From: the human T2T-CHM13v2.0 reference genome, Homo sapiens
Length of the DNA: 64,000 nt
NCBI RefSeq assembly: GCF_009914755.1
Contig: NC_060928.1
Reading direction: 5' to 3' (one strand)
Part shown: piece after piece, positions 30,201-43,945 of the stretch
Position numbering within the stretch: position 1 is the stretch's first letter
Layout of the letters: every line of letters starts with the position of its first letter
Notes under the pieces: generated by a model
Told to the model about the DNA's origin: nothing
The model's database searches: none
What the model saw: the letters and a program-made list of their open reading frames with translations, nothing else
Program-made: the position numbers and the translations under genes

Positions 30201-31662
30201 TAATTTTTTGAAGGATTTTGTGTGTCTCTCTCTCCTTCAGTTCTGCTCTGATCTTAGTTATTTCTTGTATTCTGCTAGTTTTTGAATTTGTTTGCTCTTG
30301 TTTCTCTGGTTTTCTTAATTGTGATGTTAGGGTGTCAATTTTAGATCTTTTTCACTTTCTGATGTGGGTATTTGGTGCTATAAAATTCCCTCTAAACACT
30401 GCTTTAGCTGTATCCCAGAGAATCTGGTACATTGTCTCTTTTTTCTCATTGGTTTCAAAGAACTTTGTTATTTCTACTTGAATTTCATTATTTACCTAGT
30501 AATCATTCAGGAACAGGTTGTTCAGTTTCCATGTAGTTTTGTGGTTTTGAGTGAGTTGGTTAATCCTGAGTTCTAATTTGGTTGCACTGTGGTCAGAGGG
30601 GCTGTTTGTTATGATTTCTGTTCTTTTGCATTTGCTGAGGAACATTTTACTTCCAATTATGTGGTCAGTTTTAGAGTAAATGCTATGTGGTGCTGAAAAG
30701 AATTTATATTTTGTTGATTTGGAGTGGAGAGTTCTGTAGATATCTATTAGGTCTGCTTGATCCAGAGCTGAGTTCAAGTGCTGAATATCCTTGTTAATGA
30801 TCTGTCTTGTTGATCTGTCTAATATTGACAGTGGGGTGTTAAACTCTCCCACTATTATTGTGTGGGAGTCTAAGTCTCTTTGTAGGTCTGTAAGAACTTG
30901 TTTTATGAATGTGGGTGCTCCTGCATTGGGTGCACATATATTTAAGATAGTTAACACTTCTTGTTGCATTGTTCCCTTTACCATTATGTAATGCCCTTCT
31001 CTGTCTTTTCTGATCTTTGTTGGTTTAAAGTCTGTTTTATCTGAGATTAGGATTGCAACTTCTGCTTTTTTTTTTTTGCCTTCCATTTGCTTGGTAAACA
31101 TTCCTCCATCCTTTATTTTGAGGCTATATGTGTCTTTGCACATGAGATTCATCTCCTGAATACAGTACAACAATGGGTCTTGACTTGTTATCCAACTTTC
31201 CAGTCTGTGCCTTTTAATTGCGGCATTTAGCCCATTTACATTTAAGGTTAATATTGTTATATGTGAATTTGATCCTGTCATCATGATACTAGCTGGATAT
31301 TTCACACATTAGTTGATGCAGTTTCTTCATGGTGTGGCTGGTCTTTATATGTTGGTGTGTTTTTGAAGTGGCTGGTACCAGCTTTTCCTTTCCATATTTA
31401 GTGCTTCCTTCAGGAGCTCTTGTAAGGCAGGACTGGTGGTGACAAAATTCCTTAGCATTTGCTTGTTTGTAAAGGATTTTATTTCTCCTTCACTTATGAA
31501 ACTTAGTTTGGATGGATATAAAATTCTAGGTTGAAAATTTTTTTCTTTAAAAATATTGAATTAGGGCCCCACTGTCTTCTGGCTTGTGGGGTTTTTGCAG
31601 AGAGATCCACTGTTAGTCCAATGAGCTTCCCTTTGTAGGTAACCTGGCCTTTCTCTCTGGCT
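27228..31662 (-). mobile_element. 5'-truncated L1PA (L1PA8-like), ~4.4 kb: end of ORF1, disrupted ORF2 and 3' UTR
   Basis: ORF2 fragments in the ORF track (MTGSNSHITILTLNVNGLN; [19 protein letters not shown]; [11 protein letters not shown]; CKLVQPLWK). 3' UTR tcatctaggttttaagcccc. Confidence 0.97.
30496..31281 (-). pseudogene. L1 ORF2p endonuclease-domain remnant (open frame, active-site substitutions)
   Basis: Translation MTGSNSHITILTLNVNG...CIQE...NIC...GEFN...SKTDH...SDHS. Confidence 0.9.
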
Positions 31663-32002
31663 TCAAATGCTCTTTAAAATGTACCAGGAAGAAGATGAAG
31701 GTCAAGGTTTGCTATCAATTTTGAAGTAACCCCATATGCATGTGTCTTATATCAGCAAATCCTATATGCTTATTTGTTCTGTAGTAAATAAATTTCTCTT
31801 TAATATATGTATATATTCTAATTAGTTGTTTTGATGCATACATTTCTTAGTGAGCTTTAGGAAATGTTTCCTGCCAATTCACTGACATAGATATTTTGAG
31901 TATCTATGGGGTGCTTACTTCTACTAGGTTAGCATTGACATGTAAGGGGAGAGATAAGAAGGGCTTTCTTAGCTAAGTGTGAAGGGGTCAAATATTTAAA
32001 AA

Positions 32003-32217
32003 CAAAAAAAATTTTCTCCCATTCCGTAGGTTGCCTGTTCACTCTGATGATAGTTTCTTTTGCTGTACAGAAGCTCTTTAGTTTACATAGATCCAATCTG
32101 TCAATTTTGACTTTTGTTGCCATTGCTTTTGTTGTTTTAGTCATGAAGTCTTTGCCCATGCCTATGTCCTGAATGGTATTGCCTAGGTTTTCTTCTAGGG
32201 TTTTATGGTTTTTAGGT
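32003..32217 (-). mobile_element. Inverted 5' segment of a twin-primed L1PA
   Basis: Antisense ORF2 ([21 protein letters not shown]...EWEKIF) joined directly to a sense L1 3' end. Confidence 0.93.
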
Positions 32218-32673
32218 ATGTTTATTGAAGCACAATTCACAATAGCAAAGACTTGGAACCAACCCAAAAGCCCATCAATGAGACCAGATAAAGAAAATGT
32301 GGCACATATACACCATGGAATACTATGCAGCCATAAAAAAGGATGAGTTCATGTTCTTTGCAGAAACATGGGTGAAGCTGGAAACCATCAATCTCAGCAA
32401 ACTAACATGGGAACAGAAAACCAAACAGCACGTGTTCTCTCTCATAAGTGGGAGTTGAACAATGAAAACACATGGACACAGGGAGGGGAACATCATACAC
32501 AGGGGCCTCCCAGAGTGTAGGGGGCTGGGGAGGGATAGCATTAGGAGAAATACCTAATGTAGAAGATGGGTTGATGGTTGCAGCAAACCAACATGGCACG
32601 TGTATACCTATGTAACAAACCTGCATGTTCTGTACATGTATCCCAGAACTTAAAGTATAATAAAAAAAGAAAA
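32217..32673 (+). mobile_element. L1PA7-like 3' end with A tail
   Basis: tatgtttattg...ggcacgtgtatacctatgtaacaaacctgc...cagaacttaaagtataataaaaaaagaaaa. Confidence 0.95.
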
Positions 32674-32956
32674 CATTACATATACTAGTGATGGAGTGTC
32701 TTAGAAAGAATGTTTGTTGGTGGTTATAGATAATGAGAGATAATAGAATTACAGCAGTAATTTTCTTTATGCTGTCTTCAAGAATACCTAAGGAATGATG
32801 CCTCCAAGTATCCATGAGTGATAGGTTATTTTTCAGTATTTAGTTCTGGATTTTTAATAGAAGAAAGTTAATCTAATCTTAAAAATGTATACTGTAATTA
32901 AGATACTAGTAGCATATGGTAAAAGTTTTTGATTCTTATTTTTACCTTCATTGCTC

Positions 32957-33055
32957 TTTACTCAATTTTAAAGATGGATATTTGGAAAATGCTATACTTT
33001 CATTTGTTTACTTAATTTTAAAGATGGATATTTTTAAAATACTATACTTTTATTT
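32957..33055. repeat. Two-copy tandem duplication, 50-bp period, ~90% identity
   Basis: tttac(tc/tt)aattttaaagatggatattt..aaaat.ctatacttt.attt at 32957 and 33007. Confidence 0.92.
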
Positions 33056-33295
33056 CCTGGTATTCTATAATAGGTTTTCGTTTGTAGTGGTATTGATACT
33101 CTTACTTGAAAGCTATATGCATTCTATCTCTTTCTCTACTCTTTATAAGGAAATGGAGTTACTAAGATTTATTCAATACCTTCTACATGCCAAGGACTGT
33201 GTTTTCCACTTAAGTTCCTTCATTTCATGGAATCCTTACATGATTTTTTTAAGTGTCACATACTCCGGTAAGTAGTTACAGCATAGTAATTGAAC

Positions 33296-33698
33296 TGTTA
33301 AATCAAGTTTATCCTAAAGCTGCCTCCTTACATATTTAAGTTCGACCTAAAGGTTTTTCTCCACATCATGAACTATAACAAGTGGAGGTGTAAAACGACC
33401 CTAGCCAACACCTGTGCCAATCACTGAATTTTTAGCTAATCAAATGTAGGCAACTGTTCATACCATGTTCAGATATGGCAAACGCTGACCTGCAACCAAT
33501 CCAGTTGTTTCTGTAACTCACTTCCATTTTCTGTACAGTAATTTTCTTTTTACTCTCCATAAATCTTCTTCCACCACGTGACTGCTCTGGAGATTCTCTG
33601 AATTTGACGTGATTCTGGGGGTCTGCCCAATTCACAAATTGTTCATTGCTCAATTAAACTCATTTAAATTTAATTCGGCTAAAGTTTTCCTTTTAACA
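33296..33698 (+). mobile_element. MER57-family ERV1 solo LTR, inside a decayed MIR
   Basis: tgttaaatcaagttt...cctaaagctgcctccttacata to gttttccttttaaca. Perfect 4-bp TSD GAAC. Confidence 0.9.
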
Positions 33699-34381
33699 GA
33701 ACTGATTAGAAAAATGAGGTTCAGTGGTGTAATATATTAATACTTTGTCCAGCTTCTCACATATATTCAGAGTGGTATTAGTATTCAGCACAGGTATGCA
33801 TTTGCATAGCATTGTAACAACTATTTTATGTGAGGTGTTAGTTTATTGACATTTGGTAAATAGCTCACTCAAGGCTGCTGAGAAAATGATAAAGAAACAA
33901 TTAGAACACAAATCTTCCGAGTTCTAAAATTTGTTTTCTATCAGCTACCTTAAAACTTCAAAAATAAATAAAATTATTGAAAATATTCTGATAGCCAGAA
34001 CTGCCACATAAGCCAAAGAGTTTCTATAAAGACAGATATACAGAAGTGGGTCCATAGGTAAATCCAACTGTAAGTTCCGCCCAAAAGTAGTCACATAATA
34101 TGAAGTATGCTACAGCCATATAATTTTTAAGTGTCCTTAAAAATAGTGTTATCTTCTGAAACCCTCCACAATCTTTTAACAAATCCTTTCATATTTAATA
34201 AACAAGTGCATGCAAAAATAATGTATACATAAATAACTTAATATTTCCATTATGGAAAGAAATATGCAAAGTCCTATATATGGCCATAGGAATACCATGA
34301 TAATAAAGTGATTCAGAAACATACGGGAATAAGTTTGGCCACTTATATATATGCTCTAATAGAAACAGAGGTAAACATTGA

Positions 34382-35388
34382 TAATTGACTCTAAAACAGC
34401 ATGCGGGTTAGGGATGCTGGTCCCTTTACCTGCAGTTTAAAATTATCATAAAATTTTTGACTCCCTCAAAAATTAACTACTAATAGCCTACTCTTGACCA
34501 GAAGCCTTAGCAATAATATAAACAGCTGGTTAACACATATTTTGTGTTTTACAAAAAGTGCAAGGTTTTCACACCTGCTGAAATAGCTGCGACATGGACT
34601 TCACAAATTTTCTTTTCTTTTTCACAATGGTCCTTAGGCTGGATTCATTATGTGTAAATGACAGGCAACTGCAGCTGCAGACCTCAATCTACAGTACATA
34701 CCAGGCAATTCAACTTTTCTTATAATGTCATGACATTTCTCTGCTTCTTGGGAGCACTTCCAGCATCACTAGTGGCACATCGCATGGGTCTCATGGTGTT
34801 TCTCAAGGTTTACAATATTGCACTAAATATTGCAAAAAATGTGTGAGAACAATGACAGATAACTTTTTACTACGACATGCAATTTACTGGAGAGGGACCG
34901 TTTATGCAGTGATGATTAGCGTCACACAGCTTTTAAAGCAGAGTCTCGTGATACTAGAGCTCACTGCCACAGAAGCAGGAAGTGGCTGTGAAATTATTAC
35001 ATTAGTGCGGTGTGCGCTACAGGTAATTTATGCAATTATAATTTAATACTGAATTATTGTGTTTGTTTACATTTTTCCCAATTGTGATTGGCACTATGTA
35101 AGGTCTATGTTTCTATGCATAAGTTTTGATAAATTTTGATGTTTTAATAATAGGTTTGTGTATATTTTATGGTACTAAATGATAAAGTAGACTAATATCT
35201 ACATGTATTTTGTGCATTCATGCATTTCTTTTTATTTTTTTATGTATTTTTAGACTATGTTGTTTATCTGTGAGTTTTTTCAAATTGTCACAAATCTCTC
35301 CAAAAAGTTGCCCAATGTATGTATTGGCAAAAATCTGCATGTAAGTGAATACACACAGTTTAAACCCATGTTTTTTAAGGGTCAACTG
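34382..35388. mobile_element. Tigger2-family (Tigger2b-like) non-autonomous DNA transposon
   Basis: Degenerate TIRs taattgactctaaaacagc / gttttttaagggtcaactg. Internal ttaactactaatagcctac motif. Confidence 0.88.
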
Positions 35389-35944
35389 CAGTTGCAAACA
35401 TGCACTGAAACACAAAGAAATGCCCACCACTGCTTTACATTAAAAATACTCACACAGAGTTGTTTTTAAATTCTGAATCTCTTTTAATATTTTCAAATAA
35501 ACTTCAGTGTTCCTGAGTCTTCTGGTTTAAAATGGCAGGGAAATAAAGCTAAAAAGCTTTACTGTATTACCAATTAGCATTTGTTTTTACACCTTCTGTG
35601 ATGACAGATGGCCAAAAATGATCTGAACAATAACATCGAGTTAATAAAATATCTTCGGAAATCAGAAAAAGTTACAGGTAGGACCTTTGATACATTCTAA
35701 ATTGATCAATTCTTTCTTCTTGTGCCTGCAAACTTAAAAAAAATTTCTGCATTACCAAGCTGTGCAAAGCAAAATTCAAAATGGCATAATACAAGCTAAC
35801 TAGAGATTCATTTGAATATAATCATTTTGAGCCTTTAGCTCTTTTTGATTTTATAAGGCTGAATTTTGAATATTACTTTTGCAAAAAATAGCTTACAGCA
35901 AATTTTATAAAAAATGACACCTTGAATTATTAGGCTATCAATTG

Positions 35945-36330
35945 TTTTCATTTATTTATTCATCCACTCTTTCATTCAAAAATGTCTATAGAACATGACC
36001 ATCAATATTGGATGTGCAGAAATATATGAAATACTGACCCTGCCCTTGTATTAATTCTAGAATGAAATCACACAGTCAAATAAATACTAAAAATGCACTC
36101 TAGCCAATGGAAAATAAATAAATAAAAAGGCAGCATGGAAGTACAAGAAATGGGAGAGATACTAACCTATTCAGAGAGTGGAAAGCAAGTTTTTCCTGGA
36201 TGAAGAGAAACTGTATCAGGATATGAGTGCATTATATGATCCTAGACTCCAATCCTGAATGAGAATTTGAGAATCTAGGGAGGGTGGTGAATATATTTTG
36301 CATGGAAAAGAATTATAAATGACTATTTAC
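35945..36330 (-). mobile_element. L2 fragment
   Basis: ttcatttatttattcatcc...ttcattcaaaaatg 3' end; gaccctgccctt. Confidence 0.55.
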
Positions 36331-36343
36331 AGAAGGAGAAATA

Positions 36344-36803
36344 TGAGAGACTGCAAAAATAATCACAATTTTCCCCTTCTATCAAGAGATGGAGTCTCCT
36401 TCTCCACCCATTGAATCCCTACTGGTCATGTTCATGGGGAATTGTTAATTGCAAAGCATACATAGACTTTAAAAAAGCATTTGTACATTGTGACTTATCA
36501 TTACTTGCTGTTTTCGGGACATTTTGCCATCACATGAATGAGACTGGATTAGACTGGTAAATGAGGAAGGTTGTGCCCAGTGGCTCCTGCTGGCTCAGCT
36601 GTCATCCAGTCAACCTCTTGTAACAGATCTGCCAAGCTGACCAGAAGCTGACCACATATAAATGGATGAGACCAGCAGAAATATTACTTGGCTTAGCCGA
36701 ACTCAGATTGTTAACTTTCAGATTCAAGCTCAATAAGCAATTGTTAACTTCAAGGAACTAAGTTTTTTAGTAGTTTGTTACCCCAAAAACAATAAATGAT
36801 ACA
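36344..36803 (+). mobile_element. MLT1 (F/G-like) LTR
   Basis: actgcaaaaataatcacaatt...atcaagagatggagtct...cccattgaatc, ends gtttgttacc...aataaatgataca. Confidence 0.75.
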
Positions 36804-37325
36804 ATGCCTGAGTAGTCAGTTTGTCTCTGACTATGGTGTAAAAAGAATAAGGTATACATCACACTATTCCCACAATGACAAAGTAGGAAATAGTGTAGAT
36901 AAATCTATTACTGAAGTTATAATGATGATCTCTCATGAAGAGGATGTCTGTGAGGTTGGATTTAGAGTAAAACATACTTCTTCTCACAATGAAGTACTCA
37001 GTATATAATGAAGTACTCACAATATAAACTTCCCTTTGCAATTCTCCATTGTTTCTACAGGACCTTATCTTTTTCTTATGTGTTGGCTATTAACTGGGCA
37101 AAGGAAATTTTAAAATTTATTAATTTGCTTGCTTTTACTTCTTTATAGAGAGTAATCACAGTGCTTCTCACTGTGAAACAGTAATTCACTTCATTGAGAC
37201 TAGTCATTCTTCACTACACCTTCACAACCAGTAAGTAATGGACAATGGACAATGTCTTCGGACTACAGCTTTGGGCAGACCCTTCAAAGTGAACAACATA
37301 AGTGTCTAAAATATATACAAAAATC

Positions 37326-37335
37326 ATATATATAT

Positions 37336-37369
<34 letters not shown>
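37326..37369. repeat. (TA)n microsatellite
   Basis: Seen directly. Confidence 0.97.
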
Positions 37370-37425
37370 GTTAAAGTTGAGTCCATATATCATATCAGTA
37401 GCATAATACCCAGCTTGGATCTTGA

Positions 37426-37728
<303 letters not shown>

Positions 37729-37892
37729 GATCAGGCCTTTAAACCTAAGAAATTACCAAAAGTAATTTTTATAAATTATTACCACCAAATCTTACATTAC
37801 CTACACTTACCTATCGTTTAGAATAACTTCCTATTTTTTAAAAATTTTTTCTTCTTCATTGTGAAATTCAAGACGTTGACTCCAATTAACAT

Positions 37893-38258
37893 TGTCTTAG
37901 TCCATTTTGGCTGCCATAACAAAATACCATAAACTGGGTAGTTTATAAAATATAGAAATTCATTTCTCACAGTTATAGACACTAGGAAGTCCAAGATCAA
38001 GGCGCTGGCAGATTCAGTGTCTGGTGAGGGCCGCTTTGCTGATTTATAGATGGCACCTTCCAGCTGTGTCCTCACCTAGTTGAAAGGGTGTGGTAGCTTT
38101 TTCGGGCCTTTTCTATGAGGGCACTAATCCCATTCAAGAGGGGCTCCACCCTCATCACCTAATCATGTCCCAGAGGCCTCCCTTATTAATACCATTTCTT
38201 TGGGTTTAGGTTTTCAGCCTATAGATTTTGAGGGAACATAAGCATTCAAACCATAGCA
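37893..38258 (-). mobile_element. MLT1A-like MaLR solo LTR
   Basis: tgtcttagtcc...ggaagtccaagatcaaggcgctggcagattcagtgtctggtgagggc...attcaaaccatagca. Perfect 5-bp TSD AACAT. Confidence 0.92.
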
Positions 38259-38632
38259 AACATCAAATCAAATCTTTGTGTAGTTTTATGTCTCAGTTGC
38301 CTTGGAGATTGCCTCTTTCTGCATATGCTGCTAGACAATTAAGTAGAATGGCTAGCATCTGTTACCAGTCCCCAGGATTGACTCCTTTTGATTTAATTTT
38401 AGTTTGGGGTTTGATGTACTCACAGTAAGTACGGTTTAATAAATTTAATAAATGTTTTAAGGCACACTGTCAAAAAATGATCTAATGTGCTATGCCTGTA
38501 GTTAACTCTTTAGAACATGTAGACAACTTACAGAGAGTCAATAAGCAGAACATGTTAGGAAAATGCCAACTTATTAGCAGGGAAAAATAATGATTCAAAA
38601 AAGTCACAAAACTAATCTAACATTTTATCTAA

Positions 38633-38976
<344 letters not shown>

Positions 38977-39019
38977 AGCCAAGCTCTTAATGGAAATTAT
39001 TACTTGGTCATTCTTAATC

Positions 39020-39172
39020 ATCTTTGGCCATTAAGAATCCTCAGGATGATCTTCAAAATATTGAGGCAGGGCCACACCCTCAGAGAGTCTAAGATCTGGG
39101 ACGGAACCCAGCTACAGGCATTCTAAAAATTCCCCATTTGATTCTAATATTCAGCCAGGTTGAAACCACTGG
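39020..39172. mobile_element. MER5-like hAT MITE
   Basis: gggccacaccctcagag...tccccatttgattctaatattcagccaggttgaaaccactg. Confidence 0.65.
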
Positions 39173-39954
39173 GCTGTAAAAATAAATTGTTTCTTTTGAG
39201 CATAATATAATAGAGGCAGCTTTCTCTTCTATATCAGAAAATAAAGACATGAGAAAAAAAAACGTTCATACTTTTCCTCATTATAAATAGCCCACACTGA
39301 GGTCACAGAAGTAATTTCCGGACAACTGCAGAAACTCCCAGAACTTAGAATTACAGAAACAGAATATTTCATGAGCTCATTTTCTTTGCTATAGTATAGC
39401 AGTTTAGTCTCTTTTAAATAATAGTAAGTATTGAATACTTAAAATGCACTCATGCTTTCTATACATTATCTCTTTTGATCTGCACAGTGGTTTAAATGAT
39501 TTTTTTTAATCGAGCTGAAAAAACAAGGCTAAGATAAATTAAAATTATGTAAAGGTGATTTTGTTGTTTTATAATTTACTTTAGAATACCTAGGCATTAA
39601 CAGGAAAGAGAGAGAGAGTCCACACAAAGTTTAATCTTTAATGCTATAATGTAGGGGTGACTGTTTTTTCTAAGAGAAATACTTGTCCAGTGGCCTGTCA
39701 GCTACCTATTAAAGGCTTCTAATCTGAGGTCTATACTCAAGAGATGGCCCTAAAATTTTTAATTTTTTTCAGCTATCTTGATGTCTGGACAACACTAGAA
39801 ACTGTTAACTTACATAACTAATTTTGGACATACTTCATCCTTGTATGAGCAGGATAGAAGACTCTAGATAGCCCAGTAGTCAATTCTCTTCGGAATGAGA
39901 TACACTTGATTCTGACAAGATGTTATATATAGAATATTATTTCTTCCCCTTTGT

Positions 39955-42330
39955 ATCCAGCTTTATTAAGGTGTAATTGGCACACAAGAACTGCACAAAG
40001 TGAAAGTGGATAATTATTCATACAATGAGCCTATGCAGCACTGAAAAAGTGTCCTGATACCATTTTGTAATTCCTTCCTCCAGCCTTTCCAAGTGCCTTC
40101 CACTCCCTCCCACACTTCCTAATCCTAAGATAATGATTGATCTGCTTTCTGTCACTGTAGACAAGTTTGAATTTACTAGAATTTTATAAAAATAGTGTTA
40201 TATCATCTGTATTTGTTTTTGTTTATCTTTTTTATGCCAATCATAATTTTGATATGACATTAAAAAGATAAGCAAATATATGGCATTATTTTTCTTACCA
40301 TGTCATTATTTTGAGATTTATCCATGCATGGTGTCCCACTGTATGCATATGCCAAGAATTTGTATCTGTTCACCTATTGATAGATATTGTTTTTGTTTTT
40401 TTTTTTTTTCCAATTTGAGGCTATTACAAGTTAGGCTGCTATGAACATTCATGCAAAAGTCTTTCTACAGATGTTTTATTTCCCTTGGGTAAATATCTAT
40501 TAGTGGGATGGGTAGGTCATATGACAGGAGTAGGTTTAACTTTTTAAATAATTGCCAAAGAGTTATGCAAAGTGGTTGTATCACTTCCATTCCGACTAGA
40601 TGTGTTTGAGGTTTTCAGTTGTTCTACACACTTGATAAGCTTTCTTCTTAATTTTATTATGGATTGAATATGAAGTGGAAACCCATTGTGGCTTTAGTTT
40701 ATATATTCTAATAAACCATGATGTTATACACCTTTTCGTGATTTTTTGCTGTTTAGATTTTTTGGTAAAGTGTTTGTTCAAATTAATTGCTCATTTTAAA
40801 TTAGGCTATTGGCCTTATCACATTGTAAGAGGACTCTGTATTCTAAGTACAAAATCTTTGTCAGATATTTGTTTTTCACATGGTTTCTTCAAATCTGCAG
40901 CTTGCATTTTCATTTATTTAACAGTGTTTGTAAGAAAATAGACGTTCGTATTTTACAAAATGCAATTTATTACTATTATTTCAAGAGTTTGTGCATTTGA
41001 TATCTATTTAAGAAATCTTTGTCAAACTATAGTCAATAAAATTTTCTCCTAGATAATATTTTCAGGTTTTCTTTTAGAAGCTTGCTGTTAGGAGTTTTAT
41101 TATCCTAGCTGTTATATTTAGATATATTATCCATTTTGAGTTAATATTTTATACAATGTAAGGTAAGAGTTGACGTTCATTTTTTTTCAATCTGAACTAT
41201 TCAAAGGTTCTAGCCTCACTTTTGAAGAAGGTATTTATTTCTCATTGAAATGTTTTGATATATTTTTCCAAAATCAGTTTATCATATGCATGTGAATCTA
41301 TTCCTGGGCTCTTTATTTGCTCCATTGATCATTTTTTATTATCTTTATTCCAACATCAAATTTTCCATATTGTCATAGCTTAATAAGTCTTGAAATCAAA
41401 GATCATAGGTCTTCTATCGTTAATCTCCTACTTTAAGTTTCTTTTGGCTATTCTAGATCCTATGTACTTTTATAAAAATTTTAGAATCAATTTAGTTTTC
41501 AATTTCTACAAAGACTACTGGGGTTTTGGTTGGGTTATGCTGCATCTATAAATCAATTTGCAGAAAATTAACATACTGTAATCAGATAATATACTGTATA
41601 TTATTTGAATCCTTTTAGTTGTATTGAGACCTATAGTATGAGCCAAAATATGGCTTACCTTGGCAAAATTTCTATATGCATTTGAAAAGAATCTGTGTTC
41701 TTCTGCTGTTTAATGGTTTGGCCTAATAATGCCATAATTGGGCAAGATTGTTGATTAGTGTTTTTTATGTAGGTCATATACTGATTGATTTTCTCTCTAT
41801 CTATTACATTAATTACTGAGAAAGGACTTTTGAAATTCCCAACTACTTTACTTCATGTATTTTGAAGCTGTGTTATTAGGTGTATAACCACTTAGGATTG
41901 TTACATTTTCTTGATGCTGTTATGTTTCTAGATGATTTAGGATGTCCCTTTACTACAACAAAATGATTGTCTTTATCCCTAGTATTATTCTTTACTTTGG
42001 AATCTACTTTGCCTGACATTATTAAAATCAATGAAGATTTATTTTTATTTGTGTTAGTGGGCAATTGTTTGTTTATTTTAATCAGCCTTTTACATTTAAT
42101 CTCTTTTAGCTTTTATATTTGAAGGGGTTTTATTTTTGCCAGTACATACATAGCTCTTACATTTTATCAAATATTATAATTTCTGTCAAATAACTATAGT
42201 GCTTAAATAATGTATATTATTTATTTTATTGTCGACAGTTTTGGGTTTAATATACCATTTTGCTATATATTTTTATTGGTATTATCTATTCTTTGTTTCT
42301 GTTTCTTGCTTTTGTTTTGCCTTTTACTCT
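39955..42330 (-). mobile_element. Old L1M (MB/MC/MD-type) 3' UTR and ORF2 fragments with internal deletion
   Basis: cagctttattaaggtgtaattg 3' end; ggctgctatgaacattcatg; jump to the endonuclease region near 41600 (ORF remnant LILIMSGKVDSKVKNNTRDKDNHFVVVKG). Confidence 0.85.
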
Positions 42331-42876
42331 GAGTAGTCTTGATGCCTGAACTTGACCATACTTTGAGCTGAATACTCTTACTAAAATATTTTGGCAATTT
42401 ATTTTAGTGAACTTTTCATTTAAAATGACAGTATAATACAAGACAATGAAAGAGATTTTGGAACTGATAAAACACATGGTACAATTTTTGTGACTCCTGT
42501 GTGGTGCCTTGTAAATAAATGCTAGCATGATTGATAGAATTGAGTCTCAGACTTGTTTTTATGATAAACTGAATGAAATATTAAATTGAAAACCTTTAGC
42601 TCTAATGATAGCATTATGACATTTAAAAATTTATTTAAACAATTAATTTACTTCCCCAGATCACATATCTACTAAATGATATTGCAACCATCCCATTAAA
42701 AAGAAAGTTCAATAAGTCCAACTCTATCTCTTTTTACGTCTTCCCTTATTTGTCAGGGATTCCATTTCTTGGATCATAGTCTCTAAATCTTGATATAATT
42801 TAAAAAGCATTAAGTCAATTACTTATCCATAATATGAAAAACTTAATACCTGATTATTTAAGTAATTTGTTCTAAT

Positions 42877-43075
42877 TCAAAGAGTTACTGATCACAAACA
42901 CTGAAGTTGAACTTAGACTTTTTGTCACAGTCTGCCAAAATCTTTCAGTTTGGAGATTTAATCTGCTTACCTGCTGTTTAGCAGGCCTGTTACAGTTCCG
43001 TGGGTGTTGGTAGAAGTCTTGAGATTCTGGGGTCAGAGACACAGGTCAATTTATTACTCACAACAGTAGCAGTAG
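42877..43075 (+). repeat. Donor copy of a 199-bp dispersed direct repeat
   Basis: Aligns ungapped to 43946-44144 with 11 mismatches by my count. Confidence 0.96.
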
Positions 43076-43429
43076 CCCAGAGCATCAACATGTATGCTTT
43101 TTTATGAAGCTCTGTTATCTATAGGGTAACACAACGTAAGTCATGTGACATCTGCTTATGTAGTGCATTGTGTTACAGTGGGGGAGACCCAAGTTTAGGT
43201 GAGTCAAATATTTTATAATGAGCAGTAAGCTTGCATAATTTTTTCCTGAGGGAGATACTATCATTATTACGCTGGACAGTGAGCAAACCAGTTATTTGCT
43301 CCAGACAGAGACATTCTCTCCACCTTCTATGACTGTTTACTATCTACGTATTTGTGAAAAGATCCTCTGGTACAAATGGAATCAGTGTCTTTGCTCAAAA
43401 GAGGTGCAGAAACACAACTGTCTCCAACA
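42923..43429 (-). mobile_element. LTR40-like ERVL solo LTR
   Basis: Reverse complement starts tgttggagacagttgtgtttctgcacctc..gagcaaagacactga and contains gctactgctactgttgtgagtaataaa. Confidence 0.8.
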
Positions 43430-43833
43430 CAGTCCAGAGGACTTCTCACTATAATTTTAAGGTCTTTATCTTGTATCTTCTAGCTTCTTGCTAGAGGCCT
43501 TATACTTTTCATTTGTAACTTTCTGTTGTCTATTTTCTCTTTAAAATATTATAAAATATTATAAACTGAAAGACAGTCACTCATCATTATGCTAATGTTA
43601 CAGATGAGACATACATGTCAAGTTGATGTAAGTAACTTTCTCAAGGTCTAATAAATATATCACAGTGGAAATATACCTAGGATTTTCTGGCTACTAAAAC
43701 CAAAACTATTCATATGAAATCTTTTTATATTTTTAAGTGCATCTATACAGATGCCTGACAACTATCTAGTTACTCCTTAGGAGACTCACTACTTAGTAAA
43801 ACTTGGGGAGCTGTAGGCTAGGGAACATGATGA

Positions 43834-43839
<6 letters not shown>

Positions 43840-43869
<30 letters not shown>
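43840..43869. repeat. (TG)n microsatellite
   Basis: Seen directly. Confidence 0.97.
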
Positions 43870-43871
<2 letters not shown>

Positions 43872-43945
43872 ATAGCATTATGATATTTACAAATTTAAAA
43901 ATACTATATATAATATATATCAAATATTAATATCAAATAGTAATA

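Noticed and set aside
28160-32217. Apparent direct repeat between ~28160-28370 and ~32003-32217, inverted relative to ~59500-59700
   Set aside because: Homologous ORF2 segments of independent L1 copies, not a segmental duplication.
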